Positions 1 to 9,303 of a stretch of 62,869 bases of DNA are shown in pieces. Position numbers and translations under genes: made by a program. Origin of the DNA: an uncultured Desulfovibrionaceae bacterium (GTDB taxonomy: Bacteria > Desulfobacterota > Desulfovibrionia > Desulfovibrionales > Desulfovibrionaceae); NCBI GenBank assembly GCA_964523295.1, contig CAZGAH010000004.1:49680-112548 (forward strand), given 5' to 3'. The notes beneath the pieces are model-generated. The model searched no databases and was not told where the DNA came from. It saw only the letters and a list, made by a program, of their open reading frames with translations. Positions within the stretch are counted from its first letter, which is position 1, and each line of letters opens with the position of its first letter.

Positions 1-304
1 GCACGGCGCGATTCCAGGCGGCAAATCCGTGCAGACCGCCTCGCCGCGCGATCAACTCGTCTCCCGGCCGCAGATAGAGATGATAGGTGTTGCCCAGGAT
101 GATGTTCGCCCCGGGGGCGTACAGGTCGTCCGGGCTGAGGGCCTTGACGCTGCCCTGCGTGCCGACGGGCATGAAGACCGGCGTTTCGATCGTTCCGTGC
201 GCCGTGCGCAATATCCCGGCCCTGGCCTGCCCGTCCGTGGCCTGGAGCGTGAACGCCGGGTCCGTCTGACGAGCCGATTGTATAGTCGTGTCGCTGCGTA
301 TCAT
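1..304 (-). CDS. tgt: queuine tRNA-ribosyltransferase (tRNA-guanine transglycosylase), N-terminal 101 codons; the rest lies beyond the left window edge
   Basis: My reverse-strand translation from the ATG at 302-304 reads [94 protein letters not shown]. The [12 protein letters not shown] and ILGNTYHL blocks are the conserved Tgt N-terminus. It is absent from the ORF track because it is open at the edge. Confidence 0.85.
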   Translation of the reverse strand, partial: MIRSDTTIQSARQTDPAFTLQATDGQARAGILRTAHGTIETPVFMPVGTQGSVKALSPDDLYAPGANIILGNTYHLYLRPGDELIARRGGLHGFAAWNRAV

Positions 305-427
305 TTGCATTTGTCAGCGCATACTGCCCATAGGGTACGGGAAGCGCGTGCCACGAGGACGCGTCATCCCCGTCTCCAGCGGCGGGCGCGTGTTGAGGGT
401 TAACGGCGGTATCGCAAGGGCGATTGC

Positions 428-1564
428 TCAGGTCCTGTTCCGGCGGTCCTCCAGTACGATGGCCCGCGTCCGGACCAGTCGCCGGGCAAGCTCCCGGCAA
501 TAGCCACACTGGCGGCAATGCTGGCCGCAGTTGCCGACCCTGGCCGCAAAATCCGAAGGCAGGGCGGGATTGTCCACGTAGAGCCTGTCGGCCAGCGCCT
601 CCTGCGTGTCGAGTAAATCCAGAAGATTCCCGGACCAGGAGCCCTGCAGATAGGCCTTGACCGTGCTGGTCAATGCGGCTGGACTTCGGGTGCGGCCACA
701 GATTTTGATCAGGTCGACCTCGCCGGCAACCATGGCAATATCTTCCGGCCGCATGAAGGGTGATTGAAAGATGTGCTCGGGGTGGAGAAAAAAGGTACGG
801 ATACAGCCCAGGCCTGAGAGCGTGGAATAGTTGAGCGCCCGGCCGCAATCCTGCGCCGCGTGCGCAACGTGGCTATCGTGTGCCGGCTTGAACGGACAGT
901 GCGCCAGGCAGCCCTCGTTGGCCATGAGCGCCAGGGACATCTCCGGGAAGGCCTGGCGCAGCTCGTGCGCCAGGGAGCGCAGCGCCGGCAAACGTCGATT
1001 GAGCGCACGATCCAGCACCAGCTTGGAAGGCGGCCGGAAGGCGGTGTCGGCAATGGCATCGAGCCGGGCGGCAATGGCGTCGAAGGCGTCGAGCCGGCAG
1101 TTGATGCCTGGCAGAGCCTCCAATCGGGCGCAGAGGGAGGCGTGCGCGTCGGAGAGCGCCCGAAGCAGAAACTGGTCGACATACACCAGCCCATGCAGCT
1201 GCCCCGCCTCGACCAGGTTCTCGATGCGAGCGGCCAGGGCGTCGATGCGCTCGCGATTGGCGTACAACTCCGGAGCGTGAAAACTGGCGTTGAGCAGCAG
1301 GTATTTTTTCGGCCGCTCTAGGGAGCGGAGCATCCGCATCATCCCGGCTTCGTCAAGAAAGCCTGTGCGATGCCTCGCGTCCGCGGCGAGCGGTGAATAG
1401 AGACTGAAGTGCACGCTGTGCAGTCGCGCCTCGTGCCCGGCCAGAAACCGCAGATAGCCCGGGTCCGGTATCAAGGGCACGTCGAAGCGGAGCCGGGGCG
1501 GAGCGCTTTCGGAGGCGTCTGGCACGGCGACATCCTTGCGTATCGGGTATTCAGAACGCGGCAT
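428..1564 (-). CDS. conserved hypothetical protein, Cys-rich (possible Fe-S protein); family not recognised
   Basis: 378-aa ORF with ordinary amino-acid composition, on the same strand as tgt. It has Cys clusters (NEGCLAHCPF, and C-terminal GNCGQHCRQCGYC). The overlapping opposite-strand ORFs are Arg/Ala-rich shadows. Confidence 0.6.
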   Translation of the reverse strand: MPRSEYPIRKDVAVPDASESAPPRLRFDVPLIPDPGYLRFLAGHEARLHSVHFSLYSPLAADARHRTGFLDEAGMMRMLRSLERPKKYLLLNASFHAPELYANRERIDALAARIENLVEAGQLHGLVYVDQFLLRALSDAHASLCARLEALPGINCRLDAFDAIAARLDAIADTAFRPPSKLVLDRALNRRLPALRSLAHELRQAFPEMSLALMANEGCLAHCPFKPAHDSHVAHAAQDCGRALNYSTLSGLGCIRTFFLHPEHIFQSPFMRPEDIAMVAGEVDLIKICGRTRSPAALTSTVKAYLQGSWSGNLLDLLDTQEALADRLYVDNPALPSDFAARVGNCGQHCRQCGYCRELARRLVRTRAIVLEDRRNRT

Positions 1565-1670
1565 CAGGTCTCCACGGTTGTGTTTCGGATGGATTCCGGC
1601 ACAAACGGCACGATGCCGGGCGCAAAGGAACTTCGGAGCAAGGGGGAAGAATTCCGGTATGAGCGGACAA

Positions 1671-1997
1671 CTACATGAGAAAATCTATGTACCATTTGAA
1701 GACGATACGAGCGAGTACAATGATGATGATGAGTTTGATGAAGTCGGAATAGTGGAGATAAATGCGCTTCAGGAACACTTTGGTGATATAATTATCCTCG
1801 ATGTTCACTATTCTGTAGTAGAAATGCCCATACCCCTGAACTGAAGACTTGATGACCTTTCCGACCTGAAGCTTATAGCGCTCGACCTCGGGGAAATACT
1901 GCATAATTTCGTGGCCTGTCGCTTCATTATAGTAATAGATGCCTCCTTTTACACCTTCAGGCTGAGCCTGGGCCTCGGGCTGTGTCTGTTCGCTCAT
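1671..1997 (-). CDS. hypothetical small tail-anchored protein (orphan, AT-rich)
   Basis: 108-aa ORF in a visibly AT-richer patch. It has a soluble N-terminal part (GGIYYYNEATGHEIMQYFPEVERYKLQVGK) and a hydrophobic C-terminal helix (FIKLIIIIVLARIVFKWYIDFLM). No family recognised. Confidence 0.4.
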   Translation of the reverse strand: MSEQTQPEAQAQPEGVKGGIYYYNEATGHEIMQYFPEVERYKLQVGKVIKSSVQGYGHFYYRIVNIEDNYITKVFLKRIYLHYSDFIKLIIIIVLARIVFKWYIDFLM

Positions 1998-2151
1998 GGT
2001 CGCCTCGTCTTCGGCAAACTGTTTTTATCAACAATCCTTATCACTACGCTAGCACGGGTTCTGCCGCGTTGCAAGCGCAATGAAGCCTCGAAAACGACAG
2101 GTGGCTTTGAACCCGATAGGATCGGCAAATCCTGCCAACGCCGATAGGGCT

Positions 2152-2173
2152 GATGAAAAAAGATTTTTTCATC
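2152..2173. promoter_or_regulatory. perfect 10-bp-arm AT-rich palindrome in the divergent leader region
   Basis: GATGAAAAAA-GA-TTTTTTCATC read directly. It sits between the divergent small ORF (1671-1997) and the kinase gene (2352). Two CCGATAGG direct repeats lie just upstream (2112-2119 and 2141-2148). Confidence 0.35.
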
Positions 2174-2291
2174 CGGAATGGTAAAATGCTTGCAGCGTCG
2201 GCGGCCTTCATTGTATGACAAAAGTCATCTGCTGGATGAATGCCAGCTGCCGTGTCGACCCGGGGGGGGCGGAACACATGGATATCGAGGC

Positions 2292-2317
2292 GGCAAGCCG
2301 GATTGCCTGTTTTTTTT
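2292..2317 (+). terminator. terminator-like short hairpin plus T8 run just upstream of the kinase start codon
   Basis: GGCAA-GCCGGA-TTGCC followed by TG and TTTTTTTT (2310-2317), about 35 nt before the ATG at 2352. The stem is only 5 bp, so this is weak. Confidence 0.3.
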
Positions 2318-2351
2318 GTGTCCGAGGTTGAGGTCGAGGTCTCGCTCAGTC

Positions 2352-5090
2352 ATGAGTCTGCGCTCCAGACTATCCCGCTTTCAACTCAAAACCAAGCTCC
2401 TGGTCCTGGAGGCCGCGGTTTTGTTGGCCTTCGGGGTTGTGACCCTGGCAATCTTCTTTTCCATGCACCAGGTCAACGCGCTGTTCTCCAACGTCATCGA
2501 AAGCGATGTCAGCCGCATTGTCGCCAATGGCGAACTGAGCCGGGATGTCGCCGCCGTATCGGCCGGCATCCGTCTCATAGCCGCCTCGTTTTACGGCAAC
2601 GACGTGCTGTTAAACAGCAAGTCCAACGAACTCGCCGTCTCCGGGGACAGGATTCTCGCCGATGTCGCAGGCACGGACCTGGCTCCGCCGATCAACCTCT
2701 GGCGTCATCTCCAGGTCGACTTCATCACCCAGTGCCAGGCCGTCAACGGCGTCGTTCGCGCCCGGCAGTCCACATGGAAGGCAATCGAGGAGCAACTGCG
2801 TCAGTTGGAGCAGGACCCGGTCGCGGGGGCTTCCGATCGCAGCCGCGGCGCACAGCGGGAGGAGTTATACCAGACAACGCGCGCAATTCGAGACCTGTTG
2901 CTGGAGGCAAAAGCGCGGTTTATCGAACAGAGCAGTCGGGCTGGCCAGTTCATGCAGCAGGGCTATTCGACCGAAGCCAGCCAGGAGGCCTGCCAGGAGC
3001 TGCTTCGCCGGATAGCGGCGTTGCCTCCAGGAGACGGTGAAACCGGGGCACGGCTTGCGACGATATCCTCGCTGGTAGGGGACTGCGTCCGCCTGACCGA
3101 CAATTACGGCCAGGCCATGCAATCCCTCATCCGACGATTCCGGGAAATGCAAAGCTCGGAAACCGACGCGACCGAGGCCATCGACCGCCTGGATCGCGAG
3201 CTCATTTCCCGGACCTCGCAGACGCGCGAGGCCATCGGCTCCACGATCCGGACCATTGGCCTGGCCTTCTTTTTCCTGTGCGCAGCGATAGTGACCGGCT
3301 TGCTCGGGCTGATCACCTATTTCGTGAATTCCAACGTGATGCATCCGCTTGGGCACGTCATCGACCGCTTCAGGGCCTTTGGCGAGGGCGACCGCAGCAT
3401 GCGCATCGATCTTAAACGGTCCGACGACTGGGCGCCAATCGAGCGCACGCTCAACAACGTGGCCCAGACGCTGAGCGATCAGGACTGGCTGAAAACCGGT
3501 CAGGCCGGGCTCGACGAGGCGCTACGCGGTGAACTGAGCGTCACGGACGTGGCCTCACGTAGCCTGACCTGGCTGGCCAGGCATCTGGACGCCCGACTGG
3601 GCGCCATCTACCTGGCCGACGAGAGCAATTCGTTGCAACTGAGCAGCGGGTACGCCCTTTCCAATCCGGACAAGCAGCACCACAGCATCCCCCTGGGAGA
3701 AGGCGTGATCGGCCAGGCGGCCCGGAACGGCACGCCGATACGCTTTCAAGGGGTGAACGGCGAAGTTCCGGACCTCGACTTCGGCCCCGGTCGATTGACA
3801 CCGGAGTTCTTCGTCGCCCTGCCTCTGGAAGATACCGGCCAGACGCTGGGCGTGCTGCTGCTCGGCTCCACCAGACCATTTACCGACCTGACGCTTCAGT
3901 TGCTTGAGCGCTGCCGCAACAGCCTTGTAGTCAGCCTGCTCACAGCGCGCTCGCATGAGCGCATCCAGGCCTTGCTGCTGGAGAGTCAGAACCAGGCCGA
4001 GATGTTGCAGCAGCAACAGGAGGAGCTGCGCCAGACCAACGACGAACTGGCCGAACAGGCCAAGGCCCTGCGCGAGTCCGAAGAAACGCTGCAGGCGCAG
4101 CAGGAAGAACTGCGGGTGACGAATGAAGAACTGGCCGAGCAGACGAGGGCCTTGCGCGAGTCTGAACGGCAGTTGCAGGATCAACAGGAAGAACTGCGCG
4201 CCTCAAATGCCGAACTGGCCTCGCTCAATGCCCGATTGGAAGAAATCGTCGACGAGCGGACCCGGGATCTGGCCCGCAAGGCCCAGGAGCTGGAGCTGGC
4301 GAATCAGCGTCTGCTGGAGCTGGACCAGCTCAAGTCGTCGTTCCTTTCGTCCGTATCCCACGAGTTGCGCACCCCGCTGACCTCTGTTCTGGGCTTTACC
4401 AAGCTCATCCACAAGGATCTGGCCCGCTCGTTCTGGCGTCTGGCCCAGGGTGACGAGCAGCTGGTGAAAAAAAGCGAACGCATCCAGGACAATCTGGGCA
4501 TCATCACCCACGAGGCGGAGCGCTTGTCGCGACTCATCAACGACGTGCTCGATCTGAACAAGATCGAATCCGGCCGCATGGCCTGGCATGACCGTACCGT
4601 CATTCCGGAAGAGATCATCGCCCGCACCCTGCAAAGCCAGCGCGGGCATCTGGCAGGCAAGAAACAGCTCAAGCTGCTCACCGAAGTCGCCGTGGAGCTT
4701 CCCGTTTTATTTGTCGATCCCGATCGTCTCGAACAGGTGCTCATCAACCTGCTTTCCAATGCCATCAAATTTACCGATCGAGGGCACATTCTGGTCCGGG
4801 CCTTCCCCACGGACGAGGGCTGGCTGCATGTCGAGGTGCAGGATACCGGCCCGGGCATCCCCGCCGACGAACTGTCCAAAATTTTCGACAAATTCCACCA
4901 GGCACGCGCCCGGGACACCCTGGTGGAAAAGCCGGCCGGAACGGGTCTTGGTCTGACTATCTGCCGTGAAATCGTCGAACATTACCATGGTCGTATCTGG
5001 GTGGAAAGCCAGGTCGACGTCGGCAGCAGCTTTTTCCTGGAACTCCCGGCGGCATCCCGCCTCGATAACGCCAAGGCCTCGACGGAATGA
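2352..5090 (+). CDS. membrane sensor histidine kinase (two TM helices, HAMP, GAF, coiled coil, HisKA, HATPase; no receiver)
   Basis: The internal ATG at 2352 of track ORF 2178..5090 gives MSLRSRLSRFQLKTKLLVLEAAVLLAFGVV (TM1). TM2 is IGLAFFFLCAAIVTGLLGLITYF. Then come a DWLKTG-GAF segment, a 3 x 28-aa coiled coil, the H-box SSVSHELRTPLTSV, and N/G boxes NLLSNAIKFT, DTGPGI and GTGLGL. Confidence 0.9.
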   Translation: MSLRSRLSRFQLKTKLLVLEAAVLLAFGVVTLAIFFSMHQVNALFSNVIESDVSRIVANGELSRDVAAVSAGIRLIAASFYGNDVLLNSKSNELAVSGDRILADVAGTDLAPPINLWRHLQVDFITQCQAVNGVVRARQSTWKAIEEQLRQLEQDPVAGASDRSRGAQREELYQTTRAIRDLLLEAKARFIEQSSRAGQFMQQGYSTEASQEACQELLRRIAALPPGDGETGARLATISSLVGDCVRLTDNYGQAMQSLIRRFREMQSSETDATEAIDRLDRELISRTSQTREAIGSTIRTIGLAFFFLCAAIVTGLLGLITYFVNSNVMHPLGHVIDRFRAFGEGDRSMRIDLKRSDDWAPIERTLNNVAQTLSDQDWLKTGQAGLDEALRGELSVTDVASRSLTWLARHLDARLGAIYLADESNSLQLSSGYALSNPDKQHHSIPLGEGVIGQAARNGTPIRFQGVNGEVPDLDFGPGRLTPEFFVALPLEDTGQTLGVLLLGSTRPFTDLTLQLLERCRNSLVVSLLTARSHERIQALLLESQNQAEMLQQQQEELRQTNDELAEQAKALRESEETLQAQQEELRVTNEELAEQTRALRESERQLQDQQEELRASNAELASLNARLEEIVDERTRDLARKAQELELANQRLLELDQLKSSFLSSVSHELRTPLTSVLGFTKLIHKDLARSFWRLAQGDEQLVKKSERIQDNLGIITHEAERLSRLINDVLDLNKIESGRMAWHDRTVIPEEIIARTLQSQRGHLAGKKQLKLLTEVAVELPVLFVDPDRLEQVLINLLSNAIKFTDRGHILVRAFPTDEGWLHVEVQDTGPGIPADELSKIFDKFHQARARDTLVEKPAGTGLGLTICREIVEHYHGRIWVESQVDVGSSFFLELPAASRLDNAKASTE
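4008..4259 (+). repeat. in-frame tandem repeat, 3 x 84 bp (3 x 28 aa = 4 heptads each), encoding an E/Q-rich coiled coil
   Basis: The units start at 4008, 4092 and 4176. They encode QQQQEELRQTNDELAEQAKALRESEETL, QAQQEELRVTNEELAEQTRALRESERQL and QDQQEELRASNAELASLNARLEEIVDER. A single related unit (QTQQEELRVTNEELAERS) occurs in the next kinase at 7120-7170. Confidence 0.85.
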
Positions 5091-5100
5091 GGATTCCACG

Positions 5101-8100
5101 ATGAAACGCCGTCTACAGATAGGCATGAAAGGCAAGTTGTTAATGACTTTTTTGGCCGCAAGCATTTTTTCTTTCGGTCTTGCGGGGTGGTGGGGCAACC
5201 GCCTGGCCGAGTCCGTGCTTGTCGACGAGACCTTCAACCAGCTCGAAAGCGTACGGCAGGGAAAGAAAAATGCGCTGGAGACCCTGTTCAGGACCATGGG
5301 CAACCAACTGCATACCCTGGCCGAGGACCGGATGACCATAGCGGCCCTGTCCGAGTTCAGTGCCCAGTATCAGACCCTGCTGGCGCAATCGGGCGTCAGC
5401 GACGCCAGGCTGGTACGTATGCGGCAGGCCCTGCGCTCGTTCTATGCCGTGGATTTCGCCAATGAGTACCGCCGCCGCAACGACAACCGGGCTCCGGACG
5501 TGCTTCCGTATTTCACGAGCCTTTCCCCGGGCGCTATTGCCTTGCAATATCTCTACATCGCCGACAATCCCAACCCTCCGGGCGACAAGGCCCTGCAGGA
5601 CCGCGCCGCGGATACGGCCGGATACCACGACGTCCACGCGCGCTATCATCCCCTGTTTCATGATTATCTGACCCGTTTCGGCTATGAGGACATCCTGCTG
5701 GTGGATGGCAATACCGACGCGGTTGTCTATTCCGTGGCCAAGCATATCGATTTCGCCGCATCACTTGCCGACGGACTGCTGGCGACCAGCGGACTGGGGG
5801 CTGCCTGCCGCCAGGCGAAACAAAGCGGCGGGCCTGTAGTCTCCTTCGTCGATTTCGGACTCTATGAGCCGGATTTCGGCGCTCCGATCTGCTTTCTGGC
5901 CATTCCGGTCGACGCTGGCGACCGCAAGGCCGGCGTTCTGGTCTTTGCCGTATCCGGCGCCTCGATCAACACGCTGCTGCAGGAGAACTCCGGTCTGGGG
6001 CAGTCCGGCGAAACCTATCTGGTCAATCCGGACCGACTGCTGCGCTCGGACACCCGGCTCGATCCCCGTACGTACGGCCTCGTCGAGTCCCTGCGCAATC
6101 CCGGCAAGGCGCTCATCAGCAGCGAAACCGCCGCACTGGCGCTGCAAGGAAAAAGCGGACAGAAGACCGTCGTCAATTATCGCGGAGCGACGGTGCTGTC
6201 TTCGTACGCGCCGGTCCAGGTTTTCGACCGGGTCTGGGCTCTGCTGGTGGAGACCGACCTGAGCGAGGCCCTGCAGCCGGTGCAGCGCATGAACACCTCC
6301 ATGTATATGGTGGGGGTGATCATCCTCGCAGTCATGACTCTGCTGGCCCTGTTCGCCGCCAGGCGCTTCTCCGCCCCGCTGGTCAAAGGCTGCGCCTTTG
6401 CCGAGGCCATTACCGGCGGCAATTACAATGCCACCCTGCGACTGCCCGGACGCGACGAAGCCGGAGCCCTGGCCCGGGCGCTCAACCAGATGGCCCGGAG
6501 CCTGAGTGAGCAGGATTGGCTGAAAACCGGAAAGTCCGAATTGAACGACCAGTTGCGCGGAGAGCTTGGAATCGAGGAACTCGGCAGGCGCTGCATCAGT
6601 TACCTCGTCCAGCATCTGGACGCCCAGTTGGGGGCATTTTATCTGCTTCAGGGGAAATATCTCGTTCTGACGGCAAGCTACGCCTTCTGCGACCGTCGCG
6701 GCAACCTCAGCCGCATTGCCATTGGCGAGGGGCTTGTCGGTCAGGCCGCCCTGGAACAGGAGCTTATCGTCTTTCATCGCCCCGCCCACAGCACGCCCGC
6801 GTTGCATTATGGCATCGATCAGACCGTGCCCGATTATTTCCTCTGCGCGCCGATCGTATTCGAGCGCTCCTTGCTCGGCATCCTGCAAATCGGCTCCTCC
6901 AGGGAGTTCACCCCGCTGATGCGCCAGCTCATCACTGAAAATATCGAAAACATAGCTATCAGTCTGCATTCCGCTCAGACCAGGTCGGAAGTGCAGGAAC
7001 TGCTCAGATTTTCCCAGGAACAAGCCGACGTGCTCGAGGCGCAACACGCCCAGCTCAAGTCCGCCAACAGCGAACTCCAGGCCCAGACCGAGGCCTTGCG
7101 CGCCTCCGAGGAGTCGTTGCAGACTCAACAGGAAGAACTCCGCGTCACGAACGAGGAGCTGGCCGAGCGCTCGCATGCCCTGGAGGAACAGCGCAACGCC
7201 ATACGCAACAAGAACGTCCAGCTGAAAAAGGCGCACAACGAAATCCGGCGCAAGGCGCAGGAACTCGAGCTGGCCAGCAAGTACAAGTCTGAATTCCTGG
7301 CCAACATGTCGCACGAGCTGAGAACGCCACTCAACAGCATCCTTATCCTGGCCCAGCTGCTCAAGGAAAACAGGGAAAACAATCTCACGGACAAGCAGCT
7401 CGAGTTCGCCAACACCATATATACCTCGGGTGCCGGCCTGCTTGCGCTCATCAACGAAGTCCTGGACCTCTCCAAGGTCGAAGCCGGAAAGATGGAGCTG
7501 GAAATCCGGGACCTCGAACTGAGCGACCTGGCGGAAGGCCTGATCCGCACCTTCGCCCCCATTGCCGCAAGCAAGGGGCTTCAGCTGGATGTGGAGGTCG
7601 ACCCGACGCTACCGCCGAGCATCCACACCGACAGCCGGCGAGTTCTGCAAATCATCCACAATCTGCTGACCAATGCCTTCAAATTCACCGAGCGCGGCGG
7701 CGTACTCGTGAGCATCCAGTCTCCCGCGGAGGATATGGACCTGCCCCGCTGCGGCCTGACGCCTGCGCAGGCCGTGGCCATTGCCGTCACGGACACCGGT
7801 ATCGGCGTCGCGGAAGACAAGCAAGCGCTCATCTTCGAGGCCTTTCAGCAGGCCGACGGCACGACAAACCGCAAATACGGCGGAACAGGGCTCGGGCTGG
7901 CCATTTCCCGCGAGTTCGCCATCCTGCTGGGGGGAGAGATTCAGCTCATCAGCGCGCCGGACGAAGGCAGCACCTTTACCTTGGTGTTACCGCTGGTATT
8001 CACGCCGCAGGCCGACAGCGACACCTCGCGCACCACCTACCGCGAGGTCGAGACCTTCGACGACCCGGCGACAGCCTGCCAGCCCAGGCCCGACTACCCC

Positions 8101-9303
8101 ACCGATGATCGCGATCACCTGAAAACAGGCGACAAGACGCTGCTCATCATCGAGGATGATCCGAATTTTTCGCGGATACTCTGTAACATCGGCCAGGAAA
8201 AGGGTTTCAAGTGCATCATCTCCCCGGACGGCGAAAAGGGCCTGGACCTGGCGGGCAACCTTACTCCCAGCGCCATCGTCCTGGACATCGGCCTGCCCGG
8301 CATGGACGGCATGAAGGTGATGGATCAGCTCAAGAATTCACCCAAAACCCGACATATCCCCGTCCACGTCATCTCCGCCTTCGACGAATCCCTGGACGCC
8401 ATGCGCATGGGCGCCATCGGTTACCTGACCAAGCCGGTCAGCATGGAGCAGCTCGACCAGGTCTTCGACCGCATCGACGATCTCATCTCCAGGCCGGTAA
8501 AAAAGCTCCTGGTCGTCGAAGACAATCCGAGCCAACGGCAGGCCATCATCGAGCTTATCGGGAACAACGACGTTCAGAGCCGGGCCGTGGGCAGGGGAGA
8601 CGAGGCATGGGCCTTGCTGCAACACGAGCAGTTCGACTGCATCATCCTCGATCTCGGACTGGCGGACATGCCCGGCATCGAGCTGCTCGAGCGCATCGAC
8701 GCCAATCCAAAACTTGCGCGTATCCCGATCATCATCTACACTGGTCGGGACATTACGCCCAAAGAAGAGGCCAGGCTGGCCAGGCTGTCCGACAGCATCA
8801 TCATCAAGGGTGTGCGTTCGCCGGAGCGGCTGCTCGATGAAACAGCGCTCTTTCTTCACCGCGTGCAGGCCAATCTGCCGCAGGAAAAGCAGCGCATGCT
8901 CAAGAAGGTCCACGACCGCCAGTCCATCCTGGAAGACAAAAAAATACTCGTCATCGACGACGACCGCCGCAACATCTACGCCATTTCCGCCGTGCTTGAG
9001 AGTCACGGCATGAAGGTGTTCAGCGGCGATACCGGCAGGGAGTGTCTGGCGATGCTGGAAAAACATGGCGATGTCGATCTCGTGCTCATGGATATTATGA
9101 TGCCCGAAATGGACGGTTACGAAGCCATACGCACCATCCGCCAGGACCCGCGGTTCAAGGCCCTGCCCATCATTGCGCTCACCGCCAAGGCAATGCTCGG
9201 CGATCGCGGCAAATGCATCGAGGCCGGCGCCAACGACTATCTGGCCAAGCCCGTCGACACCGACAAACTGCTCTCGCTGTTGCGGGTGTGGCTCTATACA
9301 TGA
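5101..9303 (+). CDS. hybrid sensor histidine kinase (Cache-like periplasmic domain, HAMP, GAF, coiled coil, HisKA, HATPase, three receiver domains)
   Basis: The ATG at 5101 lies 10 nt after the upstream stop. The N-terminal TM is MKGKLLMTFLAASIFSFGLAGWW. The DWLKTG-GAF block is paralogous to the upstream kinase. The H-box is NMSHELRTPLNSI, and HATPase boxes are NLLTNAFKFT, DTGIGV and GTGLGL. The three REC domains begin LLIIEDDP, LLVVEDNP and ILVIDDD. Confidence 0.9.
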   Translation: MKRRLQIGMKGKLLMTFLAASIFSFGLAGWWGNRLAESVLVDETFNQLESVRQGKKNALETLFRTMGNQLHTLAEDRMTIAALSEFSAQYQTLLAQSGVSDARLVRMRQALRSFYAVDFANEYRRRNDNRAPDVLPYFTSLSPGAIALQYLYIADNPNPPGDKALQDRAADTAGYHDVHARYHPLFHDYLTRFGYEDILLVDGNTDAVVYSVAKHIDFAASLADGLLATSGLGAACRQAKQSGGPVVSFVDFGLYEPDFGAPICFLAIPVDAGDRKAGVLVFAVSGASINTLLQENSGLGQSGETYLVNPDRLLRSDTRLDPRTYGLVESLRNPGKALISSETAALALQGKSGQKTVVNYRGATVLSSYAPVQVFDRVWALLVETDLSEALQPVQRMNTSMYMVGVIILAVMTLLALFAARRFSAPLVKGCAFAEAITGGNYNATLRLPGRDEAGALARALNQMARSLSEQDWLKTGKSELNDQLRGELGIEELGRRCISYLVQHLDAQLGAFYLLQGKYLVLTASYAFCDRRGNLSRIAIGEGLVGQAALEQELIVFHRPAHSTPALHYGIDQTVPDYFLCAPIVFERSLLGILQIGSSREFTPLMRQLITENIENIAISLHSAQTRSEVQELLRFSQEQADVLEAQHAQLKSANSELQAQTEALRASEESLQTQQEELRVTNEELAERSHALEEQRNAIRNKNVQLKKAHNEIRRKAQELELASKYKSEFLANMSHELRTPLNSILILAQLLKENRENNLTDKQLEFANTIYTSGAGLLALINEVLDLSKVEAGKMELEIRDLELSDLAEGLIRTFAPIAASKGLQLDVEVDPTLPPSIHTDSRRVLQIIHNLLTNAFKFTERGGVLVSIQSPAEDMDLPRCGLTPAQAVAIAVTDTGIGVAEDKQALIFEAFQQADGTTNRKYGGTGLGLAISREFAILLGGEIQLISAPDEGSTFTLVLPLVFTPQADSDTSRTTYREVETFDDPATACQPRPDYPTDDRDHLKTGDKTLLIIEDDPNFSRILCNIGQEKGFKCIISPDGEKGLDLAGNLTPSAIVLDIGLPGMDGMKVMDQLKNSPKTRHIPVHVISAFDESLDAMRMGAIGYLTKPVSMEQLDQVFDRIDDLISRPVKKLLVVEDNPSQRQAIIELIGNNDVQSRAVGRGDEAWALLQHEQFDCIILDLGLADMPGIELLERIDANPKLARIPIIIYTGRDITPKEEARLARLSDSIIIKGVRSPERLLDETALFLHRVQANLPQEKQRMLKKVHDRQSILEDKKILVIDDDRRNIYAISAVLESHGMKVFSGDTGRECLAMLEKHGDVDLVLMDIMMPEMDGYEAIRTIRQDPRFKALPIIALTAKAMLGDRGKCIEAGANDYLAKPVDTDKLLSLLRVWLYT

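Noticed and set aside
2178-2351. Upstream extensions of track ORFs (2178 for kinase 1, 4966 for kinase 2, 9042 for cheR, 38931 for the SH3 gene, 36563 for lepA, 42469 for the MFS gene)
   Set aside because: The extensions overlap the preceding gene or add Arg/Pro-rich non-native residues. Internal starts give canonical N-termini (signal or TM helices, conserved first motifs), often with a Shine-Dalgarno sequence or an ATGA coupling.
4008-4259. Strict MCP methylation-site consensus within the kinase coiled coil
   Set aside because: I checked the EE/QE pairs against the small-small-x-x-E/Q-E/Q-x-x-small-small pattern, and only partial matches occur. The methyl-acceptor idea is therefore kept as a hypothesis, not an annotation.
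5761-7314. 517-aa minus-strand ORF. The same judgement applies to 15616..17496, 10911..12299, 25637..26944, 32156..33562, 12860..14107 and 52192..53487
   Set aside because: Each overlaps a confidently identified gene on the other strand and lacks any recognisable motif. I treat all of them as non-coding shadows.
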